Below are positions 1 to 10,370 of a stretch of 21,194 bases of DNA, piece after piece. The stretch is taken from assembly GCA_030141605.1 (NCBI GenBank), contig JAQGDQ010001914.1:1-21194 (forward strand), read 5' to 3'. How positions within the stretch are numbered: the first letter of the stretch is position 1; every line of letters starts with the position of its first letter. The notes under the pieces were generated by a model. It was not told the origin of the DNA, did no database searches, and was given only the letters and a program-made list of their open reading frames with translations. The position numbers were made by a program, and so were the translations under genes. The DNA is from Tubiluchus corallicola. Taxonomy: Eukaryota > Animalia > Priapulida.

Positions 1-517
1 ACCCTTTTGGGGCCCCTAAGCTAATGAAATTATGGACCCTCCCAGACAGGCTCACCCTCATCTTGAATGTATTTAGTCGTGATATATTTAGCTACATTTA
101 CATGGCTTGAATGTATTTAGTCGTGATATATTTAGCTACATTTACATGGCTTGAATGTATTTAGTCGTGATATATTTAGCTACATTTACATGGCTTGAAT
201 GTATTTAGTCGTGATATATTTAGCTACATTTACATGGCTTGAATGTATTTAGTCGTGATATATTTAGCTACATTTACATGGCTTGAATGTATTTAGTCGT
301 GATATATTTAGCTACATTTACATGGCTCGAAGTAATCTTATTGCGAATTCTTTAAATAAACTAGAAAAGCTATCTTTTGTCTGACAGTTAAAGCATTCTT
401 TAAGAAATACCACTATTTTATTATTTATTGCAAACCAAATTAACAAATTACATTTTTTACCAAATGTTATCAAAGCTTAAGGGTCTTAGGCTGCAGCCTA
501 TAGGATAACCCGGACCT
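1..517 (+). mobile_element. hAT (Tip100-like) MITE family A, copy 1; left end cut by window edge; carries the 44-bp array
   Basis: GGGGCCCCTAAGCTAATGAAATTATGG at the start matches 2213-2240 and 17656-17680. The interior (326-480) aligns by eye to 2330-2510. It ends AAAGCTTAAGGGTCTTAGGCTGCAGCCTATAGGATAACCCGGACCT, a decayed inverse of the CAGGGCYGGATTA-type left end. Confidence 0.75.
62..325. repeat. 44-bp tandem repeat, 6 identical copies
   Basis: CTTGAATGTATTTAGTCGTGATATATTTAGCTACATTTACATGG starts at 62, 106, 150, 194, 238 and 282. Confidence 0.97.
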
Positions 518-1345
518 TCTTTCGGTGACTAATCCATTGCTCGCTGATACAAATGCAGTTCATGTATTCACGGCGTTAGTTTCTGACGTCATATGATGTA
601 GAGCCAACATAATCAATAATATTATTGATTATTATAATTTAATATTGGCTGATTAAAACAAGGTTAGCATAGTTTTATTTAGTTTAAAAACCGATCAATT
701 TGCCATACCCTTTTATTAGCTAGAACCAAACTTGGTTGCTGACAAAATACAAAAACGATATTAAAGGAAGACCGGACGATTGTTTAGACTCAATCTCATT
801 TTATTTTACTACCCAAAATATACATTTTCTTGCCTATTCGCGGTTTTTGTTGCATTGATATTAAAAATATCATTTGTTACACTTTGCCCACTTGACACGT
901 TTAGTTTGTAATGCAAATACACAAAATTGCAATGCCTTTCCTGCTAAATATTGACTTTTTCAAGTACATTAACCTGGACGTTACTGAATTCCAGTGTTTT
1001 GGGTTGAGCAATTTATGTCTCCAAACGCCTACAATGGTCCAACAACCTATTATGAAAAATTTGAAATTGACTCTTTAGGAATTATTGCCCTAATTTTTAA
1101 TTGCATCACAACGATTTTGAACTTGAATTTTGGGCAGTTTGGGTAAGGAGAACAAAGCTGACTCTGTCTGTGGTGAAATGCTTAAGAATTGGAGCATCGA
1201 ATAAACCTGATTTTATCAAGTTTAAAAGAACCTCAGCATTAACCTCTCGAGCTATGAGTCGTTGTACAAACAAGGACCATTTGTTCCTCGTCTTCTGCGA
1301 TGACGATAATAAAGTCACAGGAAAAAACTTACCATTAATTTTAAC

Positions 1346-1562
1346 TAGGGCACAGTTTAAACAATAGTATTACACAGTTTAAACAATAGTATTACACAGT
1401 TTAAACAATAGTATTACACAGTTTAAACAATAGTATTACACAGTTTAAACAATAGTATTACACAGTTTAAACAATAGTATTACACAGTTTAAACAATAGT
1501 ATTACACAGTTTAAACAATAGTATTACATAATGCTGTAATACTATTGTTTAAACTGTGCGTA
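1346..1562. mobile_element. Small fold-back (palindromic MITE-like) element with one arm amplified, nested in family B
   Basis: GCACAGTTTAAACAATAGTATTACA ... TGTAATACTATTGTTTAAACTGTGC is a perfect inverted pair, with TA close to both outer ends. Confidence 0.55.
1351..1526. repeat. 22-bp tandem repeat, 8 copies, followed by one inverted copy at 1537-1558
   Basis: CACAGTTTAAACAATAGTATTA occurs every 22 bp from 1351 to 1505. Confidence 0.97.
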
Positions 1563-1950
1563 GGGGTAGGGTTGGGGTTAGGATTAGGGTTAGGGTTAGG
1601 GTTAGGGTAACGTTAGGGTTGGGATTGAGGTTAGGGTTAGGGTTAGGATTAGGATTGGGGTTAGGATTAGGGTTAGGATTAGGGTTACGTTAGAGTTACA
1701 ATTGGGGTTAGGGTTAGGAATAGGGTTAGGGTTAGGTTAGGATTAGGGTTAGGGTTAGGATTATGCTTAGGGTTAGGGTTAAGGTTACAATTAGGGTTAG
1801 GGTTAGGATTAGGGTTAGGGTTACGTTAGGGTTGGGATTAGGGTTAGGGTTAGGTTAGGATTAGGGTTGGGTTAGGGTTAGGATGTGGGTTACGTTAGGA
1901 TTACGTTAGTGTTAGGATTAGGGTTAGCGTTAAGATTAGTATTAAGGTTA
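1561..1950 (+). repeat. Degenerate interstitial telomere-like tract (TTAGGG/TTAGGA/TTAGG/TTACG)
   Basis: Read directly; GGGTTAGGGTTAGGGTTAGGG at 1587-1607. Confidence 0.93.
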
Positions 1951-2190
1951 TCTCTTTATTCTGTGCCTTTTTCCTATGACTTCTTTACCTGTGGATTTTT
2001 TATCTGGATTTTTTTCCAGCTGTTAAGCAAAAAGCCAGCGTCCCAGTAGCCACTCTTTCACTTCATATTGTATAATAAGTGTTCATACACGACAAAATTT
2101 GTTTTAAAAATCATCCGAAAACAGCTATAGATAATAAAAGTGCTAATAATCATGCGTTATTGAGAAATAGTCTAAATCTTCTCTTGTATC

Positions 2191-2560
2191 CAGAGCCAGA
2201 TTATGACCTTTCAGGGCCCTAGGCTAATGAAATTATGGAGCCCTGCTGGTTCACCCACCTAAGTTCCAACTAGCCCGCGTCCATCTTGGATATTTTTTAC
2301 TCGTGACACAGTTTAGCGACGTTTTCTTAGCTTGAAGTAAACTTATTTCAAATTCCCTAAATGAACCAGAATAGCTGTCTCTTGTTTGTCAATAAAATTT
2401 CTTGAAGAAATATCATTATTTTACTATTCATTGCAAACCGAATCAGCACATATTTCAAACACAACCATGATGAAAAAACGGATTTTTTTACTAAATGTCA
2501 GTAAAGCTTGAGCGACCCCCAGGTTGAGGGTCCTAGAGTTGCGGCCTATACTAGCCTGTA
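2191..2560 (+). mobile_element. hAT MITE family A, copy 2; right end interrupted
   Basis: Starts CAGAGCCAGATTATGACCTTTCAGGGCCCTAGGCTAATGAAATTATGG, is colinear with copy 1, and breaks at GCGGCCTATACTAGCCTGTA just short of the right TIR. Confidence 0.75.
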
Positions 2561-3448
2561 TGAACTATGAACTATGAACTATGAATTTTATTTCACACAT
2601 CAAAATACAATATCAAACACATTAAAAAATTTTAAATAAAATAATTTGAGTAGTACGAGGTGAGTGTACGACCATACGGTGATTAACACACTCACCTTAC
2701 TTAAATGAAAAAATGATTATAGTTATACATGCTTCTGTAGATAACTAAATGTAAATAAGGATGAAGTAAATGATGTAATAATTTGAGTAGTGCGAGGTGA
2801 GTGTACGACCATACGGTCATTAACACACTCACCTTACTTAAATGAAAAAATGATTATAGTTATGCATGCTTCTGTAGATAACTTAATGTAAATAAGGATG
2901 AAGTAAATGATGTAATAATTTGAGTAGTGCGAGGTGAGTGTACGACCATACGGTCATTAACACACTCACCTTACTTAAATGAAAAAATGATTATAGTTAT
3001 GCATGCTTCTGTAGATAACTTAATGTAAATAAGGATGAAGTAAATGATGTAATAATTTGAGTAGTGCAAGGTGAGTGTACGACCATACGGTCATTAACAC
3101 ACTCACCTTACTTAAATGAAAAAATGATTATAGTTATGCATGCTTCTGTAGATAACTTAATGTAAATAAGGATGAAGTAAATGATGTAATAATTTGAGTA
3201 GTGCGAGGTGAGTGTACGACCATACGGTCATTAACACACTCACCTTACTTAAATGAAAAAATGATTATAGTTATGCATGCTTCTGTAGATAACTTAATGT
3301 AAATAAGGATGAAGTAAATGATGTAATAATAGCAATGGTATAAGAGCAATAAACCTGAAAGTTTGAGAAAGGAAAACATAATATGTAATTACGACTTTGA
3401 GTGAGCTTTAAAGAGTGAAATTTTTTTTAAATAGTTACGAATATGAAT
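2560..3448 (-). mobile_element. Probable 5'-truncated non-LTR retrotransposon (CR1/L2-like) 3' end
   Basis: On the minus strand, in order: ORF remnant IHIRNYLKKISLFKAHSKS* (3448-3389), resembling the 'IR...SL..FK..LK' ORF2 C-terminus; an AT-rich UTR with a stem-loop; AATAAA (2592-2587); and a (TTCATAG)n tail (2585-2560). Confidence 0.5.
2641..3330. repeat. 137-bp tandem repeat, 5 near-identical copies, each with a stem-loop
   Basis: Units start at 2641, 2778, 2915, 3052 and 3189. Each contains AGGTGAGTGT..ACACTCACCT; the inner pair is GACC-ATAC-GGTC (GGTG in copy 1). Confidence 0.96.
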
Positions 3449-4688
3449 TATGTGATTATCTGTCAGTGGGTAGGATGCTTCTATCCTACCCATTAAACTA
3501 TCTCATTACGTTTCAAGGTGTTAGTATACCAGGAATGGGAAATCATAAAATAAATCACAAAATATGCCTTAGGCTCAAGCAAGACCACCTGTAAGAGTTT
3601 GAACCTAATTATAGAGAAATTACTCACGCAAAGAGCGTAGGCTTAATGTCACTTAGCGCCTCATTATTGCAAAACGTAACAATACCTCTACTGACTCAGT
3701 GTTGCAAGAATTCTGGAGCTCTGCACGTGGCGTATCGCATCAACCAATCCTGCTTACTCACCACGGTGTTTATTACACAACTTACAAATCCAAATTTCGC
3801 CTGGAGAACAAATACCAAACGTTCTAGAACGAATACTTCCACATCTAAAAAAGCGAATCCAACACTGCACTCATACCGCGTAAAGTAAGCGATGATTGAT
3901 TCCTACGAGAAGTTCGACAGAGTCTGCACCCCCGGAGGAAGAATGTAGGAGTGCCACAAGCTGCAGAATAACTCCGTAGGTAACACAAAAGTCAAAGCAT
4001 TCATAAAACTGCCCGCGCCGATACAACTTTCACAAAAAACTGGCCAGTTCTCACTTTTTCAAAATCGTTCTTTTTGCACTGTACGTTTACAAAGCATCGC
4101 GTTTTTTCCCGCGCTGTATCCCATGTGCAAACAAGACAGATTACGCGAACACTTATGGTAAGAATGTTGTTGTGGCTGTGAGAGTTGATTTTAACCTGTT
4201 TCGAATCTTATTCGGCCCGGCCCAGTCGTTCTGCGCTTGTAAATCCTCTAAACTACCTCCCTTCATGCTCAGAGTTTATAGGACTGCCGGATTAAATCCG
4301 ACCTCGCTTATGACAAGGCTTTTGTAGGTTCATAGAAAATTTTCTGAATTTTTTGTAGAGCGATAAATCGCCCGACGCTTGTAATCCCCAACGTGATAGT
4401 AAATTGCTTGTTGCCCGGCTAAGCAGCTGTTTAAGATCGGGCAGAATCAGCTGCCGCCATTTGTGCGAATTTGAAAAAAAATGTCGGTATTCCAGGCAAA
4501 CGGGATCTATTTAAAGATCAACATTTCAAAAGACCTCCTACTTCTAAGCAAAACACGCATAAAATTGTGGTAATCGACAAACATGCAGATTCATCAAAAC
4601 TTTGACAGGAGAATGTTTTAGTTTGAACAGGGACTGTTGGATTTAGCAAAGTCTGGCGCTTCGTGCGTATAGGATACAAGTAAACACT

Positions 4689-5500
4689 CCTTAGTGTTTC
4701 TGACTAGACAACCCTAGGATTTCTGACTAGACAACCTTAGTATTCCTGTCTAGAGTTTAGAAAACCTTTAGACAACTTTAATATTCCTGACTAGACAACC
4801 TTAGTGTTTCTGACTAGACAACCCTAGGATTTCTGACTAGACAACCTTAGTATTCCTGACTAGACAACCTTAGTATTCCTGACTAGAGTTTAGAAAACAT
4901 TTAGACAACCTTAGTATTCCTGACTAGACAACCTTAGTATTCCTGACTAGAGTTTAGAAAACATTTAGACAACCTTAGTATTCCTGACTAGAAAACCTTA
5001 GGATTCCTGACTAGAGTTCAGAAAACCTTTAGACAATCTTAGTATTCCTGACTAGACAACCTTAGTATTCCTGACTAGAGTTCAGAAAACCTTTAGACAA
5101 TCTTAGTATTCCTGACTAGAAAACCTTAGGATTCCTGACTAGAGTTTAGAAAACCTTTAGACAATCTTAGTATTCCTAACTAGAGTTCGAAAACCTTTAG
5201 ACAACCTTAGTATTCCTGACTAGACAACCTGAGTTTTCCTGACTAGAGTTCGAAAACCTTTAGACAACCTTAGTATTCCTGACTAAACAACCTTAGTATT
5301 CTTGACTGGAGTTTAGAAAACCTTTAGACAACCTTAGTATTCCTGACTAGACAACCTTAGTATTCCTGACTAGAGTTCAGAAAACCTTTAGACAACCTTA
5401 GTATTCCTGACTAGACAACCTTAGTATTGCTGACTAGACAACCTTAGTATTCCTGACTAGACAACCTTAGTATTCCTGACTAGACAACCTTAGTATTCCT
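4689..5500. repeat. Compound minisatellite of 23-bp and ~41-bp units
   Basis: GACTAGACAACCTTAGTATTCCT (23 bp) is interspersed with a variant carrying a ~18-bp insert, TAGAGTT(T/C)AGAAAACCTT. Confidence 0.95.
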
Positions 5501-6255
5501 ATACTACTACTATAGGATCTACTATACTTTGAGATTTTTGTGACCAAACCCATGTGTCTTTGCTCTACATCGTGAGCATGTGAACATGTGCATCTAGACG
5601 CAAAAAGCTGTTATTTGATTTTAACAAAAATGTAAACTTGTCAATATTGTAAGCAAGCCTTTGTTTTGTTAGCCGCCAGCAGGCGTTACTTGAGCTGCTT
5701 GGGTTTCTACGCTGTGGAATCTGTTATAAAGTCAACAACCAAATCGTGAAGCGAGAAGGGCTGTTTTACAGAGAGTTTCCATGAAAATGGTTAAAATGAG
5801 CAAAATTGACAGAGCATAGCCATTATGAATACCCTAATAAGAAGGTGTTCGCGTGTTTTTAATACGTTGTTAATAACTTAATAATTTTACTCTGTCACTT
5901 ATATGGAATAAAGTCGTAAATGTTAATGTTGAACTGCATCTAAAAAATTCATTTTGTGGAGAGTATACGGAATAATTGAGTTTATCTGTGAAGTAAAGCA
6001 ACGTTAAGTCTGATAAATAAATGGATGGGTGACCAGTGGAAATGTTATTTCTGTCGTTTTTCTCGGATATTCTTGTCGTTGAACCGGTATGTGTATATGC
6101 GTTCAAACGTGGCCGAGATGCCCTTGCAGTAAAATAGAAAATGCAAATGGAAAAATATATACAAGCATACACGATTGCATTATTGAGTGTAACAACAAAA
6201 CAGTTTTTGCACATCAGTGCATTCCTGTGTCTATTATTATAAAAGTGAATTACAA

Positions 6256-6627
6256 CCGTTTGTTTCCAATGTATCCTGTGGGATACACAACATTCTTTGT
6301 CATGTGCAACTTTTTTAAAAACACAACAAAAGCAAAAAATGTGCTTCATTTTGCAACTGCTGATAATTTTTTAAAGTATTTAAGACATTTAGTATGCATG
6401 CTATGCTGATCTGTACAAAGTCGTCTCTAAAGTACTGTACCTTGCACAGTTTTTTATGTTATGTAGATTTTCTAGTTTACCATTTTATCACCATTTTTAG
6501 TCTATTGTTATTGGCTTAAATTAAAATAACTATTAACAGATCAAATAACTGTCAGTTTTAAAATTTTATTTATTTTAAAGGCAGAAAATATTCTCGTATC
6601 CCACGGGATACAACGGGTATGAAAGGG
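6256..6627. mobile_element. Decayed piggyBac-like MITE
   Basis: GTATCCTGTGGGATAC (6271-6286) is a 15/16 inverted match to GTATCCCACGGGATAC (6596-6611). The ends CCGTTT...AAAGGG are flanked by ACAA and CTAA, read as decayed TTAA. Confidence 0.5.
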
Positions 6628-6681
6628 CTAATATAAAGTCACTTTCGAGCCAAACTGCCTATAAAGCATACACTTAAAATA

Positions 6682-7280
6682 TACTACCTCTGAACAGAAA
6701 CGTTCAGGCGTGATGGTTCCCGTCATTGACTTCAAAATCATGACGCAACTGGGAGACTTCGTAGTTTTTCGTAAGCGCGTCGTGACATTCCGTACGCGCG
6801 CGCAGCTTAAAGTAATTCAAACTTCTGCAGCGTAACTTACGTTCGCGCAAAGATATTACAAAATTGCTATCATTTTTTTGTGTAAATGCTCATTATACTT
6901 TTGGTGAAGATTGACAGTGCGCTACTTTCTTCACAACGAATGACGTCATTGGTGGAAGAATGGGCGTTACAAATTGGGCAGCGCCCAAGTAAAAAGTGGT
7001 CGCAACTTTAAAGTGATTTTACTAGTTACACGAGGCGCTTACTATACTTTTGGCGAAGACTGACAGTGCGCCACTTTCATCACAACGAATGACGTCATTG
7101 GTGGAAGAATGGGCGTTAAAAATTGGAGCGCCCAAGCGTGAAGTGATCGCAACTTTAAAGTGATTTTACTAGTTACACGAAGCGCTTATTGCTGTTTTAT
7201 TACTAAATCCTTTTAACATGTTTCGTGAACATTGAAATAAGCCTAACCTCCCAAATGTGTTGACTTTTCCTTTAAACACG
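6682..7280 (+). mobile_element. Dispersed repeat family C, copy 1 (unclassified non-autonomous element)
   Basis: Colinear with 9909-10370: TACTACC(T/C)CTG, TTTTCGTAAG, ACGTCATTGGTGGAAGAATGGGCGTT, ACTTTAAAGTGATTTTACT and TTACACGAAGCGCTTAT. Confidence 0.7.
6894..7189. repeat. ~149-bp tandem duplication inside family C copy 1
   Basis: TATACTTTTGG(T/C)GAAGA...TTACACGA(G/A)GCGCTTA starts at 6894 and again at 7043. Confidence 0.9.
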
Positions 7281-7461
7281 TGCTGGCTGTATTTTAAGAA
7301 TTCGTTTTTTCCCCATCACCAATCACTTACGAAGCTGATTTGACGAATATCTTTTACTGTTTTGTCAGACGCTTGTCGTTATTGGCAGTGACGGTGGTTG
7401 GTCACGTGTCAATGTTTGTTATTACTGGTAAATGAAACGTGTCTGATCCTCTCACTTGCAG

Positions 7462-7574
7462 ACTTCACGTAAAGAACCACAAATTCCAGGAATCCGGCTA
7501 GAGATATGCGGATGTAGATTCAAAGCTGTCTGTGATATCCGTCTCACTCGAAGTTGTGATCAAGTGACTGAAAC
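7462..7574 (+). other. 5' UTR part of the first coding exon, with a 3-codon uORF (7506-7517)
   Basis: Acceptor CCTCTCACTTGCAG ends at 7461. ATGCGGATGTAG is the uORF. An in-frame TGA at 7569-7571 precedes the start codon. Confidence 0.5.
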
Positions 7575-7626
7575 ATGGCGATCTGTTTGTTCAATGTCGT
7601 GCTGATGCTGGGAATTTTTCATTTTG
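7575..7626 (+). CDS. Coding exon 1 (signal peptide) of pentraxin/LamG-like domain protein
   Basis: AAACATGG start context; hydrophobic MAICLFNVVLMLGIFHF(G); consensus donor G|GTAAGT at 7627; phase 1, matching the 13585 exon. Confidence 0.72.
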
Positions 7627-7686
7627 GTAAGTGTTAAATTTGTTAGATTAGATTTAAATTTTAAATTTTATTTTAGTTCAGCTCAC

Positions 7687-8759
7687 ATAGTGCCATGTTA
7701 GATCTATTTACAACACACGTAAAAGTTATTGATAAATAGTGCCATATTAGATCTATTTACAACACGCATAAAAGTTATTGATAAATAGTGCCATATTAGA
7801 TCTATTTACAACACGCATAAAAGTTATTGATAAATAGTGCCATATTAGATCTATTTACAACACGCATAAAAGTTATTGATAAATAGTTCCATATTAGATC
7901 TACTTACAACACGCGTAAAAGTTATTGATAAATAGTTCCATATTAGATCTATTTACAACACGCATCAAAGTTATTGATAAATAGTTCCATATTAGATCTA
8001 TTTACAACACGCATAAAAGTTATTGATAAATAGTGCCATATTAGATCTATTTACAACACGCATAAAAGTTATTGATAAATAGTTCCATATTAGATCTATT
8101 TACAACACGCATAAAAGTTATTGATAAATAGTTCCATATTAGATCTATTTACAACACACATAAAAGTTATTGATAAATAGTTCCATATTAGATCTATTTA
8201 CAACACGCATAAAAGTTATTGATAAATAGTTCCATATTAGATCTATTTACAACACACATAAAAGTTATTGATTAATAGTTCCATATCTGGTCTATTTACA
8301 ACACACATAAAAGTTATTGATAAATAGTTCCATATTAGATCTATTTACAACACACATAAAAGTTATTGATAAATAGTTCCATATTAGATCCATTTACAAC
8401 ACACGTAAAAGTTATTGATAAATAGTTCCATATTAGATCCATTTACAACACACGTAAAAGTTATTGATAAATAGTTCCATATTAGATCTATTTACAACAC
8501 ACATCAAAGTTATTGATAAATAGTTCCATATTAGATGTATTTACAACACACATAAAGGTTATCGATAAATAGTCCATATTAGATCTACTTACAACACACG
8601 TAAAAGTTATTGATAAATAGTTCCATATTAGATCTATTTACAACACGCATAAAAGTTATTGATAAATAGTTCCATATTAGATCTATTTACAACACACGTA
8701 AAAGTTATTGATAAATAGTTCCATATTAGATCTATTTACAACAACACATAAAAGTTATT
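7687..8759. repeat. 49-bp intronic minisatellite, ~22 copies
   Basis: ATAGT(G/T)CCATATTAGATCTATTTACAACAC(G/A)C(A/G)TAAAAGTTATTGATAA; first two starts at 7687 and 7736. Confidence 0.97.
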
Positions 8760-8820
8760 AAAAAACAGACCAAAATTACTAACTAAAAGAATAATAAAAA
8801 CATATTAAAAATACCCTGCG

Positions 8821-8877
8821 TTTGAGGACTCCCACAAGCTTGTGGGCCCCTAGGCTGCGACCTGTACTAGCCTACAG
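8821..8877 (+). mobile_element. Right-end fragment of hAT MITE family A
   Basis: CAAGCTTGTGGGCCCCTAGGCTGCGACCTGTACTAGCCTA matches the family A subterminal sequence and the 63-bp satellite unit. Confidence 0.65.
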
Positions 8878-9908
8878 TATTATCTTTCCCAGCATATAGG
8901 CTTTGTCTACAAAACCTAATTGACGTCTAAAGTTTGCGTTTTGCTAAAATGATGCAAATATAACGTTCTAGTCATTAACGAACCAGTAAACACTGTAACT
9001 TTTTATTAGCTCAATAAACGTGAACACTAAACACGCCTCGTGACTCAATCAATGCACATTAAATAACTGAAGACTGAGAAATTGAGTTTTAAAACAAAAC
9101 CGGACGCCATCTTAAACTGCAGGTCAAACAATCTACTCATTAAAGTATTGAAAGGAAACACACCATTTTTTCAAAAATGACTTACGTGAAAGAATTATTA
9201 CCTCACAAGCACAATGTCACGTTCGCGCCACTAGTTCTTCGCTGTTACATGCATTTCGCCATTCGCTAGTCAGAGGGGTACTAGCGCCTGCACCAAAAAA
9301 CTGGTGCTTTACTTCTCAGTTCGGGTGTGTTAGTTTGTGATATACTCCACACGTTCGGCAGCTTATATATGAGCACAGTGGTAAATTTGAAATTTGAATT
9401 TTTATTTTAAAAGTTGCCTAGTTTTAGTACAACACACTGAATGTCTTACAGTAGTACTGTACTTCAATTTTAGCTTTCACAAACACGTGCAACACGCTCG
9501 TGGAATATTTTTGCTGTTGAAAATTATGTTAGTTTGTGATGTCATCACTAGTTGGGCTCGTCTTGATGTCATCACAAGTTTTTAATCTATTATTTAATTA
9601 TCAGAAACGCTTTAGTAGTATTAATTGTGTTAAAATGTATACTTTTTATCAGACTTGAAAATGAGGTACTATATGAAAAATCACCCTGTCTCCTTTACCC
9701 TGATATGTATGGCTTCATTCTACAGAAACGGCGATGTTCAAGGCAATAACTAGAGTTTGATATTGTTCATGTAGACATGTTTCAGAAAACGAAATGGTTT
9801 TGATAGAACCATCTTAAAAGAAGGGGTTTATTTTACTGTTATCACTTGAAAGTAGAAACATTTGAAGAAAAAAATTGCAAAAAAACTGTCTGTAAAACAT
9901 AGTTATTT

Positions 9909-10370
9909 TACTACCCCTGTCCAGAAAGTTCAAGCGCGTTGGTAGCAACTATTCAATTGAATGACGTAACTGGTGGACATCGTGACTTTTCGTAAGTGCA
10001 TCGTGACTTTCCGTAAGTGCGTGCCACTTAAACTAATTCATACTTTACTTTACTAATTCATTCAAACTAATTCATACCTTACTAAGTGTTCATACAAAAA
10101 TATTACAGAATTAGGTTATTATCATTTAGTGCCAATTGGCGTGCACTGCTTTTCTTCTCTCGATGACTTACTTACGTCATTGGTGGAAGAATGGGCGTTC
10201 TGAATAAGCGCTAAACTTGAAATGGTCGCGACTTTAAAGTGATTTTACTGATTACACGAAGCGCTTATCACACTTTTATTGCTAATTTTTTGTGAACAAA
10301 GAAATGAGCCTAAATTGAAATAAATAACTTACAACTTAAACCGTTTGGCCTTTCCTTTAAGATGGACGCA
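9909..10370 (+). mobile_element. Dispersed repeat family C, copy 2, running into the 53-bp array
   Basis: Colinear with 6682-7280 but without the 149-bp duplication. Confidence 0.7.

Larger units (their letters stand above)
1311..2020 (+). mobile_element. Non-autonomous element family B with telomere-like core, copy 1
   Basis: Left AAAGTCACAGGAAAAAA, then a TTAGGG/TTAGGA core, then inverted degenerate CTGTG(A/C)CTTTTT-type units. Same layout as 12460-13040. Confidence 0.55.

Noticed and set aside
994-1367. Open frames, including a possible + strand exon at about 994-1142 ending in GG|GTAAGG
   Set aside because: No recognisable protein family, weak acceptor and no partner exon identified.
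1561-1950. True telomere or chromosome fusion site
   Set aside because: The tract is degenerate, internal and in one orientation only, and its flanks are shared with a second copy.
5870-6409. Cys-rich ORFs near the piggyBac-like MITE as a transposase remnant
   Set aside because: No convincing transposase motif is present, and the ORFs cross the inferred element boundary.
9536-9576. Paired TGATGTCATCAC palindromes, and TGACGTCA sites near 584, 6941 and 7090, as CRE elements
   Set aside because: These are short motifs, some inside repeats, with no independent evidence of regulatory function.
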